This document shows positions 1 to 13,717 of a stretch of DNA of 64,000 nucleotides, in pieces. Location of the stretch: NCBI GenBank assembly GCA_030141605.1, contig JAQGDQ010000039.1, positions 62,001 to 126,000 on the forward strand, given 5' to 3'. This stretch comes from Tubiluchus corallicola. Its lineage: Eukaryota > Animalia > Priapulida. The notes below the pieces were generated by a model. It saw only the letters and a program-made list of their open reading frames with translations, had not been told where the DNA came from and searched no databases. Numbering within the stretch: the first letter of the stretch is position 1; each line of letters starts with the position of its first letter. The position numbers were made by a program, and so were the translations under genes.

Positions 1-409
1 GATTGTTTCAAGCTCAGTGCCTCACAAAGAGTTGAATGCGTTCATGACAAAGGAAGTGTGTGGATAATTCACTAACAGCCCACAAGTGCTGTTATAATTG
101 CTAGTGTTCTATTGATGTAATGTAATTGTTATTGTGTGAAAAAATTAAGTGTAATGAAAATGTAATGTGACCATAATTGTACGCTGGTGAAAAACGAATC
201 TGAATCTGAATCTCTGAATCTGAAGGGAATCTGAATGAGCATGACTATTGCAGAACACCGTATCTGCCTTCGTCACCTTCAATCTCATTCAGAAACGACT
301 CGTCATCATAATTTGGATAAAACTGGTGCCAAACTTAGAGGTTAGAGCCAATCAAAAATTAGAAGTGACGTAAAGCATAAGTGAACTGCGTACAAGTAAA
401 ACAGAAACA

Positions 410-613
410 GAGAAGAAAGAAAGAAAAAAGAAGAAAAAAAGATAAGCAAGCAGGAAGGAAAGACGGAAGGAAGGAAGGAAGGAGAAAAGATATAAAGGAA
501 AGGAGAGGAAAAAGGAATCAATGAAAGGAAAGAAATGAAGACGTAAAAAAGAAAAGGAGCAAAAAGACAGACAGAGAGGGGCGTTAGGTAGGGAGGCAGT
601 GAGAGAGAGATAG

Positions 614-672
<59 letters not shown>

Positions 673-674
673 GA

Positions 675-756
<82 letters not shown>

Positions 757-945
757 TGGAGAGAGAGAGAGAGAGGGGGGGAAAGAGGAGAGAGAAATGG
801 AGATATAGAAAGAATGCGTAAAAGCAGACAAAGAAAGCAAAGGGCGCAAGGACGAGAAGAAGAAGAAAGAAAGTGGTAACCAGCTAAATAAACAGGCAGG
901 GGAAAGGAAAGGGGCAAAGAAAGACAATGAAAAGAACAACGAAAC
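410..945. repeat. Purine-rich low-complexity tract with (GA)n microsatellite core (~600-780)
   Basis: Direct reading; explains the SLSL ORFs on the minus strand. Confidence 0.95.
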
Positions 946-1260
946 ACATCACCAAAGAAACAATATTTTACTGGGATATGTGGTTGGATGACTTAAGGGT
1001 TTCACTGCCGATTGCTTCTTCCAATTAGAAATAATCTGACAACGAAAAAAAAAAAATCGGCGAATTATTCACATCATTGTCTGATAGTAAAATATTACAT
1101 ATCTTTGACCCCTTGTTAGGCCCTCAGCTAAGTTAATCAGCCGTTTAGCAGATCCAGCTTCCATTGTTCTTTTTTTGCGAAGAAAGACGAGTATGCAGTA
1201 TAAACGTGCTGGTATGCTGATCAAAACACAAAACAAAAAATGTAATACTTAGAATATCAA

Positions 1261-3145
1261 AGCACAAGAAAGCCCTCCACTTACGTAAAGCTTAAAAAAT
1301 TCGTCTTGAAATTTTGTACTACTTACATACTGCCTTTTCGCATACAGGACTTGCGTCGGTAGTAACCTCTATAACGCTGTATAAAACACGTAAATTTAAA
1401 CTCCCGCGATGACCGTTAGACGCAGCCATTTTGATGATAAGTCATTAGAAGCAAGTTTAGATAACATTGTGTAAAACTTGAAAAAATAATCAGCTGTATA
1501 TATTACAAATAATAAAATGCAATGCGATTAGAATATCACGGGCAGAACGACGGTGTTAAGATTTATTGTGCAAAAAAAGAATAAATTTCATGTAACGAAT
1601 GCAGCTTTGTGTAACAAAAACGCTGCATTATGTAACAAGTCACAAAACTCGTCATTATGTAACAATTATTACATGTATGTAGCAATTTTTTGCCATTACA
1701 TAATGTACGCTCATTGTGGATCAAAAATAATGGGTCTTGAGGCTGGATTTGTTGTAGACTAAAAATTATGTGACTGGGTCTTGTCAGGGTTTGGGTTTGC
1801 TGTAAACTAAGTTGATTTCTTTCCTTTCAAGATGTGGTCTGGCTTCGGCTCGGCCTCGTCTGGTCTGTGACTGGTCTTGCCTAAGGTCTGATTTATCAGA
1901 GGTCGGAAATAAACTGACATAGTCTAATAATTAGAGCAAACTCAGACTGTGGTAAGACCCAATCACAGAGCATCGCCAACGTTAGTTACATAATCCATCA
2001 TTTTTGTTACATAGTGGCACAGAAATTGTTACATAATGAAGTAGAATTTTGCGATTTGTTACACATTACTGTATTACATAATGACCTTTTTGTTACATAA
2101 TGAATATTAACTAAACAGAGTTTAAAACAAAATACGTTCAAATATTGCGTAAACATGCCAAGAACATCAGACTAAGTTGATGTTTGATATGGTCGACCTA
2201 AAGGTCTAGTTTTTTCACTGTTGCACGACCAATCACACGACATGGGTTGTATAATGGTCTCATTACTGTTTTGCAGCTGTAATTGTAATTTTTTAAACGG
2301 GAGAGTGTACAATTGTACATCAGTTGTTGAAACTGCCTTCTCAAACAAATAAGTTATGTTTAAACAAAAAGATGATATCAATGTGGCGTTTTTAAAATAG
2401 AACTAGAAGCTCTTCTAGCCGCTATCGTTGCCACTATCGCTCCCAATAATATGGTGTCGGTGTTTGGTGGAGCTTGTAGTACTGGTAATGATGATGACGA
2501 TGACGATAATCGCAATGATAACGATGGTGATAATGCTGGCAGAGATGCTGCTGACGGTATCGACAAATTAGCTACAATGTATTGACAATTTAATTGAAAT
2601 GGTTCATTAAAGCAGCTGGAACTGCTTATACTTGAATATTTGTATAAACTGCTCAAGTAACACTGGACAGTTTCTTTATCACTATTTCATATATTTCATA
2701 AAGTATCCATATCTTGAAAAAATAATCAGAGCATTCGTAGCTCATACGTCACTACTAAGTAAGATTTTAAATTACTGCATTTTGTCGATATGAATAAAAA
2801 TATGTTTTTGGTTAGTGAATGGTGCATCCAACGACATTTTACCAATTGGTTAAAGCATTTTAAATGATTAATAATTTTCTTTTCTAGCTACTTAAGTCTT
2901 TAAAGTCTTTAAATGCTAAGTAATATAACTTTCCATGGAAAGTTTTTCAGGACATAGTTTAACATTTCCTTTTCTACACCTGATTTTTGTTGTGTATATA
3001 TGTCATGCAAAGGCCCGGTTGGAACAGTATCGTTGGAAATTTCAAATGAAAATAAACAAAAAATCGCTAGTACGATATATGCATAAAATTGCTGTAAAAT
3101 TACATGTTTTTTGAAACCTATTTCAGGTACCCCTTTCTTGTCTTT
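1261..3145. mobile_element. Kolobok-like non-autonomous element, copy A, interrupted by a ~1.2 kb insertion
   Basis: 1261-1493 and 2713-3145 are reverse-complement similar to 10390-10989; ends AGCACAAGAAAG / CTTTCTTGTCT match the termini of copy B. Confidence 0.65.
1494..2712. mobile_element. ~1.2 kb dispersed repeat (copy 1) containing a foldback MITE-like core (~1555-2111)
   Basis: Direct repeat of 7108-8051. Core has ATGTAACAA motifs on the left arm, TTGTTACAT on the right and ~27-bp imperfect inverted ends. Flanked by identical CTTGAAAAAATAATCAG at 1477-1493 and 2713-2729. Confidence 0.75.
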
Positions 3146-3359
3146 TGAGTCGTAAGAGGTTATCATACAATAACTTGATGACATTCCAATATAATTATGA
3201 CCATACTTATTGAACTCTATATATGTACGAAGTAATATTGGTTACCTTAAGATGCTTGTAGCAATTGTTAGCGAGGTATTTTTGGAATGCTCTGTAAAAC
3301 GTAAGACAGTGCGCAGCTGCCATGTGGTCACTGCCATTGTGACTGTGATTGTATGGTTG

Positions 3360-3532
3360 GTGACCAGTAATAAAGGCACAGGAAAAAAGCCACAATTTTG
3401 GCTAAGAAAAGTTACTGTTAATTTTGGCTAGAGTCACTGTTAGGGTTAGGATTGCTATTTCTTTTTTCCTGTACGTTTCTTCTTGTGACTTTTTCCTTTG
3501 ACCTTTTTACCTGTGACTTTTTTAACTAGATT
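3360..3532. mobile_element. Short foldback MITE-like element
   Basis: GGCACAGGAAAAAAGCCACA-type motifs on the left mirrored by TGTGACTTTTT/TTTTCCTGT motifs on the right; related to 42680-42870. Confidence 0.5.
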
Positions 3533-4097
3533 CGCATGATTATATGGTTGTGTCTGTAAAACATGCTTGCGTAAATGCAAACTTTTGGCTCCCATCACGT
3601 TAATCCTCGATTTGGTACAAGAAGCTCACCGGTTCATATTAGTATCATTTCTGTATTTCTTTCGTTCATTAATAACTCTCACGTTTTCGCTGTCATAAAA
3701 GGAACAGTTGGCAGCTTCCCATCATTGTACGGCACACATCTGTGATAAAGTTGTTTGTTGTGCAGCATTATTATAATTTGACCACCATACGATAAAGCCA
3801 CTTAAAATGCAATATACGCTTTTATCATCGAAAGATATACGTAGTATGAATGCGTAATTTGGAGAATTATATACCTCGACTGTTTTTATGTGTAAGCGTT
3901 GCGCGTGGCTTAGCAGACATTGAAGAATTGAAGCAAATACGGAATTTAGAAAACATCGCATGGGAATAGATGTGGCATCCCAAACTAATTTACCTACGCA
4001 ATGATGTTCATCTGAAACAATAATAGAAGCCCAATATCAGTTGGTGCATCGTTGGCTACGTGTTTTACGCCATTGCAACGTTGAATCCGCATTATAG

Positions 4098-4208
4098 CTC
4101 CGCCCTCACGTGGCTTCACTGATTTCGTTCGCATTGTGACGTCATTGCAGAGTCAGCGCATCGGGTGGTGATTGGTCAGATGAGCGTGGGAATTAAGTGA
4201 GATATAAA
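4098..4208 (+). promoter_or_regulatory. Proximal promoter of the neuropeptide gene
   Basis: GC box CTCCGCCC 4098-4105, E-box CACGTG 4107-4112, perfect CRE TGACGTCA 4137-4144, reverse CCAAT (ATTGG) 4171-4175, TATAAA 4203-4208, all within 200 bp upstream of ATG 4295. Confidence 0.75.
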
Positions 4209-4294
4209 GTTTAGGAAAACATGACACATTACAGAAGAACGCAAAGAACGGGGAAAGATCACCGTTGTGGTTTCAGAAGAAGTAATAATATCAA

Positions 4295-4402
4295 ATGGCT
4301 TCATACGTGTTTCGTTGTTGTTTCACATTGTTCTGCCTAACATTCTTAGTATTGTGTTTCACAGCGCCGCCGGTTTCTTCACAGTCGTCTGATGAATTGA
4401 CC
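4295..4402 (+). CDS. AstC: Allatostatin-C/somatostatin-family precursor, coding exon 1 (signal peptide)
   Basis: MASYVFRCCFTLFCLTFLVLCFTAPPVSSQSSDELT, a hydrophobic signal peptide, then phase-0 donor GTAAGT at 4403; phase matches the acceptor before 15094. Confidence 0.8.
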
Positions 4403-4982
4403 GTAAGTATCAATTAAATTTGAAATTTAATTGTACAAATTTATTGTCTAAATGAAAACGGAAGTGCTTCATGTTTGCTGGTGAAGAAGTGGTTTCCTTT
4501 TGACGCTTTTTTGTGCTCATTTTTGAGGGGTTTTGTCGTGTGTCAGCACATTATTTTTGCACGTGCACGGTTTAGCAGATGAGGTCTCTTTCTTTTAATC
4601 ATAATACCCTTTTTGAGCAGTTGGTGTGTTTAAATGTAGTTTGACAATTTTTTTTTTGACAATTTTTCAAATCAGTTTTTCGCTTTTGACGATCCGTGCT
4701 TTAATGATTTGAGATCTGACAGATAAATAACAAAAAAGTAGCTCACTGAAACTAAAAACATGGTTAATTAAGGTTGCGCTGTTCCTAACGGATGCTGCCT
4801 TGCTAAAATTGACATTCTCACTGCGTAATACGAACTATAATGCAGCTAAATTTGCCGTTTGCAGAACAAGTATTAGCTAGATAGGCTGGCTAACTTTGCT
4901 TGATACTGATGTTGAGATCTAGGTAACGAGAATGTAAAAAAAATGAAAAGCCAATTCAAGCCTTTAAGCAGTTAATGAAGAC

Positions 4983-5135
4983 AAATTCCACAATTAAGAC
5001 ACGAAGAAAAAACATGACGTTTCAAACTACCACTGTAGTTTATCTTCAGCTGAAAGTTTTGAAACTGGTTTTTATTTGAAGATAAACTGAAACGCCGTGT
5101 TTTTCCTCGTTTTTAGTTGCGGGATTTTTTTTTCA
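4983..5135. repeat. Hairpin (foldback) repeat family member
   Basis: CCACAATTAAGACACGAAGAAAAAAC... is mirrored by ...GTGTTTTTCCTCGTTTTTAGTTGCGGG; the AAACTACCACTGTAGTT core is shared with 34400-34930. Confidence 0.55.
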
Positions 5136-6273
5136 TTATTTGTCACTATTCTCGTCATTAAGCATTAAATTTGCCCTACTAAGCATTAAATTTTGTGCTC
5201 TTAAACCGACATCGCCAGTTATTTGCTCTACTACTGTATAATTTCATCCATAATTATCAATAATGCGTAGAATTCCATAAAATGACCAACCTTTAAAGAC
5301 GTTCTCAGCTAAACTCTTGGCAACTGAGGGTGAGAGCTCAAGGTCCTCCAACACATCTTGCAGATTTCTCGCAAGTTTGTTTCTTGAATCAGTGGCATGT
5401 TCTTGGACCATCTAAGTGACCACTGTGTCCTTCAGGATAGCTCCGTATATTTGGCAGATTGAGGCCAGTGAATTTACATGCCACTCATTTAAATCGAAAA
5501 AAACAATCCCAAAGTTTTCAGGTCACTACTCCGATCAAATCCCTCAAGATTGCGAGACATCGGAGTTTTCTTACTAAATTTTAGGATATGTTAGATTCGC
5601 ATGCAGTATTTTGATGTAGTAAATTGTTCTGTGCTGTTACTTATTTTTTACCCGCCGGCAAAAGGTTCCGTACAACCAATAGTGCACTCATTTCAGCTGT
5701 TTCTTTCTGGAGAGAAAAGGCAGGTTTATATTCATCTAGTACATTTGGATGGTTTGTTACAGTATCGCATTTCTAGTATTTACCTTGGTCCTTGTTACAG
5801 AGATGTAACATTTCTTTTAACTTTTTTTGCACTTTGGCAGCCGTCTTAGGGTAATTGTAATTCATTATGATAGATACTCACTACTATTTATTCTATTGTA
5901 TTTATTTTAGATTTAAATCAATGCATAAAGTACTATATTATAAAAACAAAGAAGCAATGCACAATGTAAAATTATACACACAGTACAACTGTATACACAT
6001 TGCATACTGTATGTACTCACTACTCACAAGAGCCGTGCAAGTACTGATTTGAGCGTATTTGAATGCTTAGCTACAGAGATGCTGCAATTTGTTACATTCT
6101 TGGCGGCAATTTTGGATTTTAATAGAAAGCAAATGATAATTTTGGTCGCCTCACAACTTGCTTGGGATATGCCCCGGTATTTCTGCGTGCAACATTTGTC
6201 ATTGTAGTGCCAGGTGCTTTTTGTCACTAAAATATTAAATATACAATATCCTGGATAACATAGATCTCGTTAC

Positions 6274-6629
6274 CAGGGCCGGGTTATGACCTTTTGAAGA
6301 TCCTAGGCTAGTGAAATTATGTGGACCCCTCAGACGGAGCCAGCCTCTAACTCGTTTGCACACATTTTACTCGTGAATATATTTTTGCGACACTACATAA
6401 CTTGAAGTAAATTTATTGCAAGTTGTTTAAATAAACTAGAATAGTTATCTTTTGTTTTGTTAATAAAAATATTCTGTAAGATATACCACTGTATTACTTT
6501 TATCGCAAACCAAATTAGCACATGTTTCAACACAACCGTAGTGAGGAAGCAGATTTTTTCAAAATGTTACCAAAGCTTGAGGGGCCCTAGGCTGTAGCCT
6601 GTATTAGCCTATAGGATAATCTGGCCCTG
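6274..6629. mobile_element. hAT-like MITE
   Basis: Terminal inverted repeats CAGGGCCGGGTTAT / ATAATCTGGCCCTG; 8-bp flanks CTCGTTAC / TCCGTTGC look like a decayed TSD; internal sequence similar to 40165-40540. Confidence 0.65.
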
Positions 6630-7107
6630 TCCGTTGCAAAGGCTTGCTGTTACAATATTGTGTAGATCCGATTTTAAAAATTTGCACTTTATTGGAACGA
6701 ATTGTCGTGTCCCAAGTACACCAAGTCCAGAAATCCTGTGTAGCGTGATTGTTTCGTATTCTCAGTTACTAGGAACTTTGAATTGTTATTTAAACGGTGG
6801 TAAACATCGCGCGAATTGCAAAAACCATGATTACTAAATCTTCCGTAGAAGAAACAGTAAATTTCGAGCAATTTAACCGCACTTGACGTTTTCACGCCTC
6901 CGTCTTATCAAATTTACCCTCTTTCAAGACGCAGAAAAAGGACTGTAGTAATAGACACAGAAATACAAAGAAACACTCGGTAGTTTTTAGAATTCCTTTG
7001 CGTTGCGATGTATCGGATTTTCTTCGACACTTGAGCTGTCTATAAGTTCGTTTTAAGACTCTTGTGTGAGTGCTTTATGGACTAATGTTTCTGGGAAAAA
7101 TTCATTG

Positions 7108-8051
7108 CTGCATATATTACAAATAATAAAATACAATGCGATTATAATTTCACGGGCAGAACGACGGTGTTAAGGTTTATTGTGTAACAAAAGAATAAAT
7201 TTTATATAACAAATGCAGCTTTGATTAACAAAAACGCTGCATTATGTAACAAATCACAAAATTCGTCATTATGTAACAATTATTACATGTATGTAGCAAC
7301 TTTTGCCATTAAATTATGTACTCTCATTGTGGATCAAAGATAATGGGTCTTGAGGCTGGATTTGTTGTAGACTAAAAAATATGTGACTGGGTCTTGTCAG
7401 GGTTTGGGTTTGCTGTAAACTAAGTCGATTTCTTTCCTTTCAAGATGTCTTGCTTAAGGTCTGATTTATCAGAGGTCGAAAAGAAACTGACCCAGTCCAA
7501 CAATTAGAGCAAACTCGTTCTGTGGCCAGACCCAACAGAGCACTGCCAACTCAAGTTACACAATCCATCATTTTTATTACATAGTGACACAAAAACTGTT
7601 ACATAATGACATAGAATTTTATTTTTTGTTACACATTACTGTATTACATAATAGCTTTTTTGTTACATAATGGACGTTAACTAAACGGAGTGTAAAGCAA
7701 AATACGTTCAAATATTACGTAAACATGTCAAGAACATCAGACTAAGTTGATGTCTGATATGGTCGACCTAAAGGTCTATTTTTTCACTGTTTTACGACCT
7801 ATCATACGACACTGGGTTGGATAATTGTCTTATTGCTGTATTGTAGTTGTAATGTCGATGATGATCGCAATGGTAACGTTGGTCATAATGCTAACAGAGA
7901 TGATGATGACGGAAACGACAATATAGCAAAATTTAAATGGTTCAACAAAGCAGCTGGAACTGCTTATACTTGAATATCTGTACAAACTGCTGGACTAACA
8001 CTAGATTCTTTATCACTTTTTTAAACGTATTTAATAAAGTATCCATATCTT
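7108..8051. mobile_element. Dispersed repeat copy 2 (direct repeat of 1494-2712 with internal deletions)
   Basis: Colinear similarity from ATATTACAAATAATAAAA to AAAGTATCCATATCTT. Confidence 0.8.
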
Positions 8052-9549
8052 TTGGCACTTTCCACGACACGACTTGTGTGAGCAAATGTAAAACTTTCTT
8101 TGCTTTTCACATACCACGAATCTCAGAAGAAATGTTCTATATAAGTAACTGAGGAAATACGTTCTTCACACACGTATTATACGTACAGACAGACGTCCTG
8201 CAATACAATAATTTTGTTTTCCCAAACTTAACATTTCTCGTCTCTGCACTTTACATCAACAAAGTCCAAGAACGGGAGCAAGAGAGAAAAGAAATAAAGT
8301 AAGCCAAGAGTAAAGGGAAAGAAAAAGGGAGGATTAGATAAGTAGATTCACTTGATAAGGCGGGAAAAAACAGGAGTAGAACTCATTCGAAAGGTTCCAC
8401 CTTATACAATTATTTTGGACTTTTTTTGGCATTTTTATTTTGGACTTTCCAACCTCGATACTCGATTATTATCTTATAGCGACTGTTTAAAATCTTATTT
8501 CAAACCCGCAATTCTTAAAATTACAGATATAGTAAAAATTTCACAACGTCCGTTCTTGTCAATCGATGTCGCCACATAATTCTCACAAAAGTACTGTACC
8601 AAGCAATTCGTGTCGTTTTTTCGTTATTTATTTCACTAAAATTATCACAGATTTCAGCTTTGATATTGAAGAAATAGAAAGTAATGTACGTTTAATTGAA
8701 GACTCTTATGAGCGAAGCATATAGCAACGCAAGCTTTCTGTCACGGCAGGCTCAAATATCACACAAGAAGCCCTTCATAAACTCATAATTAAAGTCCCTC
8801 TAATTAGTAACTGCACACTGTCTATTAAAGCGTTTCGTCGAGTATGCAATCATAGAGCACTCGAGTTGGTTACTGAGAATTCAGTTAGTTAATTCATCTT
8901 GAAATGGCTGCTGTAATTGATGCTGTCCTGCTTGCGAGAGAAAAATTAATGATCCTTTAATAAGACATAAAAGCAAAATGTATCTGGCTGCCGCCATTGG
9001 GGATTAAATTTCAGAAAGTATTGTCGTATATCGGTGAACTGTCAAATGACACTTGCTTCCATAATTTGCGAAATTCTTTTGACCTTAAGTTTTAGGTTTT
9101 GTTTTAATGAATTTGACTGTAGATAATTAAGATGACATGTGTGACACGGGCGATGAAATTACAACTTTCAGAAATAAGGCTAAATCCTTTAAAATCTGTG
9201 CATGTGTCCCGTTCGTTAATTAAGAAGAGTTCTTGAAATATCGACATATAAAAACCAATGGGATGAAGAAGTGATGACAACAACGGCATCACTGCTGTTG
9301 CCGCTGTTGATGACGATGATGACGACAACGATGGTGATGATAAAAAAATACCCCTGAACAGCATGGGTCACCATCAATCTCAAAATGGCGAACGCAGCAC
9401 ACGTGGGATTATTGGGATTTTAGTTTGGGGAACAGATGGAAGTCAGACGGTGCCACCTCATGTGAATATATGGTGCATGGGGCAACCGTTCAACGCTACA
9501 TTTGGCTGCTTCTGCTAAGACCACTCTATGCTATAGATGCTTTCACCAG

Positions 9550-9720
9550 TCAGTTTAGTCTAGTAGTAACGTGTCCGCTTTCCGTCTAGGAGATCGTGAA
9601 TTCAGTACAGCGGCCGGGTCATACAAAAGACTTTAAAAAATGGTACCTGCTGTTGCCCAGCCTGGTGCGTGGCTTTAGGGTAACAGTGGGGTTATGTAGG
9701 TGTAGATTTGATATTTACAG
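9550..9720 (+). mobile_element. tRNA-derived SINE with Meta-like central core
   Basis: Degenerate tRNA-like head followed by GGTCATACAAAAGACTTTAAAAAATGGTACCTGCTG, which resembles the MetaSINE core as recalled; (TTA)n follows downstream. Confidence 0.55.
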
Positions 9721-9786
9721 CCGGCGAAAAAAAAACTCTTTGAACTTATATTAATTGTTAACTCAAAAGCCGACTTTAAATAAAGA

Positions 9787-9991
<205 letters not shown>

Positions 9992-10389
9992 ACTGTGTAG
10001 ACAAGCGCATTATCCATCAGCAACGTTATATGCCAACATAAAACTTTCTTCTTTTTCATTTCTCCTTTGCAGCAACGATTTGTGGTCAAATTACATGATA
10101 TCAGGCTCTATAGTACATCGTTATGCCCAAAATAGAAGTTATAGAGTATCTGTTGTTTGTGGGTGAAGAGAGAACTTTTTGAGGTACCCTCGCAAATTTA
10201 GTGAAGATGTCAAAACATCAGAATTCTGCTTCGGTGTTCTGTTAATGTGTTAGGAATCTATCCAAAACCCATAGGACCAATAAAGCACACTTTTATGTGC
10301 CATTAAACATACCTACAACCATATAAAACAACTCCCTGGCTGACATCATAATCAGCACATGTAGCTATGATTAATCAGAGTATTCTTAA

Positions 10390-10989
10390 AGGACAAGAAA
10401 AGGGTTCCTGAAGTAGGTTTCAGAAAAATCGCCTTAAAAATTGTATTACTTTATAGCAATTACTGCAACTTTATGCATATATCGTACTCGCGTTGAAAGA
10501 AATCTTTGTTTGTTTTCATTTTAAATCTCCCGCAATACTGTTTCGAAGTCGCCATTACATGACGTCACTACGCAAACGTAAATCAGAGGAAGAAAAGACA
10601 ATGTTAAATTATGCCTCAAGAAATTTTCCATGCAAATCTATATTACTTAGCATTTGACTTACCCGCTGGAAAGACTTATGTAACTAGAAAGGCATTTTTT
10701 AATTATTTAAAATGTTTTCACCAATTGGTAAAATGTCGCTGACTCACCCTGATCAGTGGAATGCTCTGATTATTTCTTCAATGTTTACACAATTTTATCT
10801 AAACTTGTTTCAAATAACCTGTCGTCAAAATGGCTGCGTCTAACGGTCATCGCGGGAGTTGAAATTAACGTGTTTTATACAGCGTGACTGCCGATTGAAG
10901 TCCTGTATGTAAAAAGGCAGTGTGTGAGTGATATAAAATTTCAAGACGAATCTTTTAATCTTTATGTTTATGAAGGCTTTTCTTGTGCT
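10390..10989. mobile_element. Kolobok-like non-autonomous element, copy B (uninterrupted)
   Basis: TTAA flanks at 10386-10389 and 10990-10993; inverted ends AGGACAAGAAAAGGGTTC / GAAGGCTTTTCTTGTGCT; opposite orientation to copy A. Confidence 0.7.
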
Positions 10990-12274
10990 TTAAGTATAAA
11001 CGATGCAAGCGTGATCGATGTGACTCACTACCTGTGACTGTGAGTGACCATTTGTCACATAACGCATGCCACTCGCATCTAATGAAAGATTATGTTCATA
11101 ACTATAGTTAATCAATATCAAGTGTGTTAAGGTATTCTAATCGATCAAGGCCAGATGTAAAAAAAGAAACGATCAGAATTATTGGTTTATATTCACGTGT
11201 TAGCGACAATACCTCAATATCTCTATTATGATGATTACGCTCTACAAATTGCTGTAGTGTGTTATGTTAATGAGCTGCATCGAGGATCTCTATCAACAGT
11301 ACCTGTATTGATGAATGTGGCTGATCATGTACAAACGTCCGATGTAAACAATTTGCACATGCTGCTATCATGTAAATTTAATGAAAAACCTGGCAACTGA
11401 CGCACCTCTGGGCTGTTGGAGGAATGAAATTTGCATACACGATTAGACTTACTGGATATAATCCTCCAATATACACCACATTTCCATCAGTTTAACGTGA
11501 TGTTTATCAATAATTCAATGGAATTTGTCAGAATAGGCCATGGTGTCCTCGTACACTGTAAATAACTTAATCTGCCTTTACTAAAATGAGATGATAGAAC
11601 GGTAGTGATCATAATCAGCCGTAGCAGCTAGTCCAGCAGGGCTATTATTAATGAGTTGCTGTATCGCCAGTAGGGATCTCAATCCCGGATTCATATTAAT
11701 CGGATCGGGACCAAAGTTAATCCCTGACCAGAATCGTGAAATGCGTCATTTGAAAATGAACGTGGTATAGCAAAGATCATGTACCGTGCTGTTTTTAAAA
11801 AGCTTTATAAATAGAATTCAAAAGCTAATATTACTTTATCTTGTAAAGATTGTAAGACGGCAGAGATTCGCGGACAGCGGATTTGTGGTCATGTGGTTGC
11901 GGATTCGCGCTAATTTCGCGATTTTGCCGAAATTGCATCATATCATGCAAAAGCCACGTATTCAAAGTAAATATTTCAAATGTTTGCACAAAAGGTTTAC
12001 CCCATTTCAGTACAATTTTTTTGTTTTGTCACGATAATTATGGTTTGTGGTGCGGTGTGACGGGGTATAATATGATGGAATGATGTATGTATATCGTGTA
12101 GCGTGAGTTGTCGTTGCGAGCTTACAAGCAAAATTGCTTTGCGGGGTTCGACTAGTAATTTATTAATGATTAGTGATTATAACTCGTTTTGCTTCATGAA
12201 AAAGTGTTTAGCAATAGGGTATACCAAAGTTATTTTTTGTTAAATTTAGCGGCGATAAATAAATATTGTCTTTG

Positions 12275-12670
12275 TCTATCATCACCATTGTCACCACTAT
12301 CACAATTATCATAACCACTATACTCATCGTTTCTGTTCATCTCCTCTACCTCATCATTTGTCACTATTATATTGTCATTGTTGTTCATCAACATGGTCAT
12401 TGTAACAATTTTCAACATCACCATTAGCGACGTGATGTTATCATTGTTTTCATCTGCCGCCTTCTCCTCCTTTCCTTCCATCTCTTCTTCCTCAGCATCA
12501 TCACCATGATACTCAATCATTATCATTATCGTCATCGTAGTTACAAATGCATTGTCGTCAGGGACTTCAGCACCACGATTATCAGTATTATTAAGATTGT
12601 TATCGTGATCATAATCATTGACGTCATAACTATCAGTGCCATTACTACCGCCGCCGTCACCATAATGCTT
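12275..12670. repeat. Degenerate (ATC/CAT)n low-complexity tract
   Basis: Direct reading. Confidence 0.7.
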
Positions 12671-12874
12671 TATTAACTTATAACAATTTGAGGATTACAG
12701 TAATATCGAGGACTATCAGACCACCATCACTGCGTTATTTTAATCCAAAATTTAAAATGGGTAAAAGACAAAATATCCTAATGTGGACATTAAAATCGTG
12801 TTGATTCACACATTGTGATCATAAATGTTTTATGTAAGGCAATTTCCATAAAAAGTGAATGTTGCCTGTTATAT

Positions 12875-12986
12875 AATAATCATAATCATGATGATGATGA
12901 TGACGACAACGACGACGACGAAGAAGAACAATAACAATAACAACACAACAATAACAACACCAGTAGCAATAGCAACAACTATGACC

Positions 12987-13059
<73 letters not shown>

Positions 13060-13061
13060 GC

Positions 13062-13095
<34 letters not shown>

Positions 13096-13112
13096 GCAAC
13101 AGCAACAGCAGC

Positions 13113-13143
<31 letters not shown>

Positions 13144-13250
13144 GCAACAGCAACAACAGCAACAGCAGCAACAGCAACAGCAGCAGCAGCAGCAGCTACA
13201 ACAACAATAACAAAAACAACAACAATAATAATAATTGTAATAATAATAAT
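12875..13250. repeat. Compound (GAT/GAC/AAC/AGC)n microsatellite
   Basis: Direct reading. Confidence 0.95.
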
Positions 13251-13329
13251 TTGGTTTAGAACATAGTCCAGGGAAAACACCTCAAGTAACATGTTACTGC
13301 GATAAACCTGCAAGGTGAGTCAAAGAATC

Positions 13330-13420
13330 AGAGGTACCATTGGTTAAGTTTTTAGTTACCCGATCGGGGTTTAAAGCTGCGACCTCCCGGTTGGGAAGCG
13401 AGCACGCTACCATTGAGCTT
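13330..13420 (-). mobile_element. tRNA-derived SINE head, reverse orientation
   Basis: Minus strand reads AGCTCAATGGTAGCGTGCTCGCTTCCCAACCGGGAGGTCGC...AATGGTACC: A-box-like head plus the same ATGGTACC core as the SINE at 9550. Confidence 0.55.
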
Positions 13421-13717
13421 TTAGGACTCTGACAATATAGTGGTCTACTTAATAAGTTTGCCGAATATAGGCCTATTTCTTGTCAGAGAATTCCTATCTT
13501 TTCTAGTTTTGTAAATAAATACTGCAATGCTTCGTTGAATTCCCATCAAAGACGTCACATTTCACAAAAGAGACGTGACTAGAAAGCAGACAGTCTGATT
13601 AATAGGAACTCTTGTAATTTCTCGCCTCGTCAGAGCTCAATGAGTAATGAAATCATCAACTTTTAGTAAAGAAATCATATACAGACGATTAGCTCGCCAG
13701 TTCTTGAATCACGAATG

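Noticed and set aside
342-947. SLSL-rich ORFs
   Set aside because: Translations of the (GA)n/purine tract.
10073-10135. Extra middle exon of the neuropeptide gene after a strong acceptor
   Set aside because: Phase-0 reading hits TAG after 20 codons and there is no convincing in-frame donor.
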